DNA from: Mobula hypostoma
Taxonomy: Eukaryota
Direction of reading: 5' to 3'
Assembly: GCF_963921235.1 (NCBI RefSeq)
Contig: NC_086108.1
Coordinates: 14,880,001-14,944,000 of the forward strand
DNA length: 64,000 nucleotides
Each line of letters begins with the position of its first letter. Position 1 is the stretch's first letter. Below are positions 63,393-64,000 of the stretch, in pieces. Below the pieces are notes generated by a model. It had not been told where the DNA came from. It saw nothing but the letters and a program-made list of their open reading frames with translations, and searched no databases. The translations under genes and the position numbers were made by a program.

Positions 63393-64000
63393 GGGATGGG
63401 GTAAGAAGGGGAGGAGGGGCATTAACGGAAGTTAGAGAAATCAACATTCATGCCATCAGGTTGGAAGCTATGCAGACGGAATATAAGGTATTGTTCCTCC
63501 AACCTGAGCGTGGCTGGTGTGATATACTGCGGTCGGTGCTCCTGATGCGGCCTTCTATATATTGGCAAGACCTGACGCAGACTGGGAGATCGTTTCGCTG
63601 AACACCTACACTCTGTCCGCCAGAGAAAGCAGGATCTCCCAGTGGCCACACATTTTAATTCCACGTCCCATTCACATTCTGACATATCTATCCAGAGCCT
63701 CCTCTACTGTAAAGATGAAGCCACACTCAGGTTGGAGGAACAACACCTTATATTCCATCTGGGTAGCCTCCAACCTGATGGCATGAACATGGATTTCTCT
63801 AACTTCCGTTAATACCCCTCCTCCCCTTCTTACCCCATCTCATGTTGCTTGCTCTCCATCTTCCACTGGTGCTCCCCTCCCCCTTTCTTTCTCCCTAGGC
63901 CTCCCGTCCCATGATCCACTCCCTTCTCCAGCCTTGTATCCCTTTTGCCAATCAACTTTCCAGCTCTTAGCTCCATCCCTGCCCCTCCTGTCTTCTCCTA
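62965..64000. mobile_element. Penelope-like element with inverted arms, GIY-YIG C-terminus and hammerhead motif
   Basis: Plus frame LYIGKT*RRLGDRFAEHL...PVATHFN...RLEEQHLIFHLGSLQPDGMN; inverted copy at 63422-63515; minus-strand CTGATGA..GAAATGTCGAC at 63068-63098. Confidence 0.85.

Overview
This is eukaryotic genomic DNA. The repeat families (CR1, Rex1/Babar-like, RTE, Penelope, HE1/V-SINE, Tc1, Harbinger, Gypsy/Mag) point to a cartilaginous fish, which is an inference. Most of the window is nested, decayed transposable elements, so almost all ORFs in the track are TE fragments or noise. The standout is a ~4.0 kb Gypsy/Mag LTR retrotransposon on the minus strand (41980-45999). It keeps LTRs, a polypurine tract, gag, zinc knuckles and protease, but has lost RT/RNaseH/integrase. 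It carries intronless pieces of three recognisable host mRNAs: RPS8 (5' part, sense), SUDS3 (5' part, in frame after the protease) and RNF213 (internal part, antisense), and possibly a fourth unidentified 5' leader. Other points: a five-level nested insertion stack (9849-19538), several Penelope-derived minimal hammerhead ribozyme motifs (one in a 131-bp unit with a 12-bp TSD), a near-identical pair of young CR1 copies, and four phase-compatible candidate exons of an unidentified minus-strand host gene. Family and gene assignments rest on my recognition of motifs; no database search was run.
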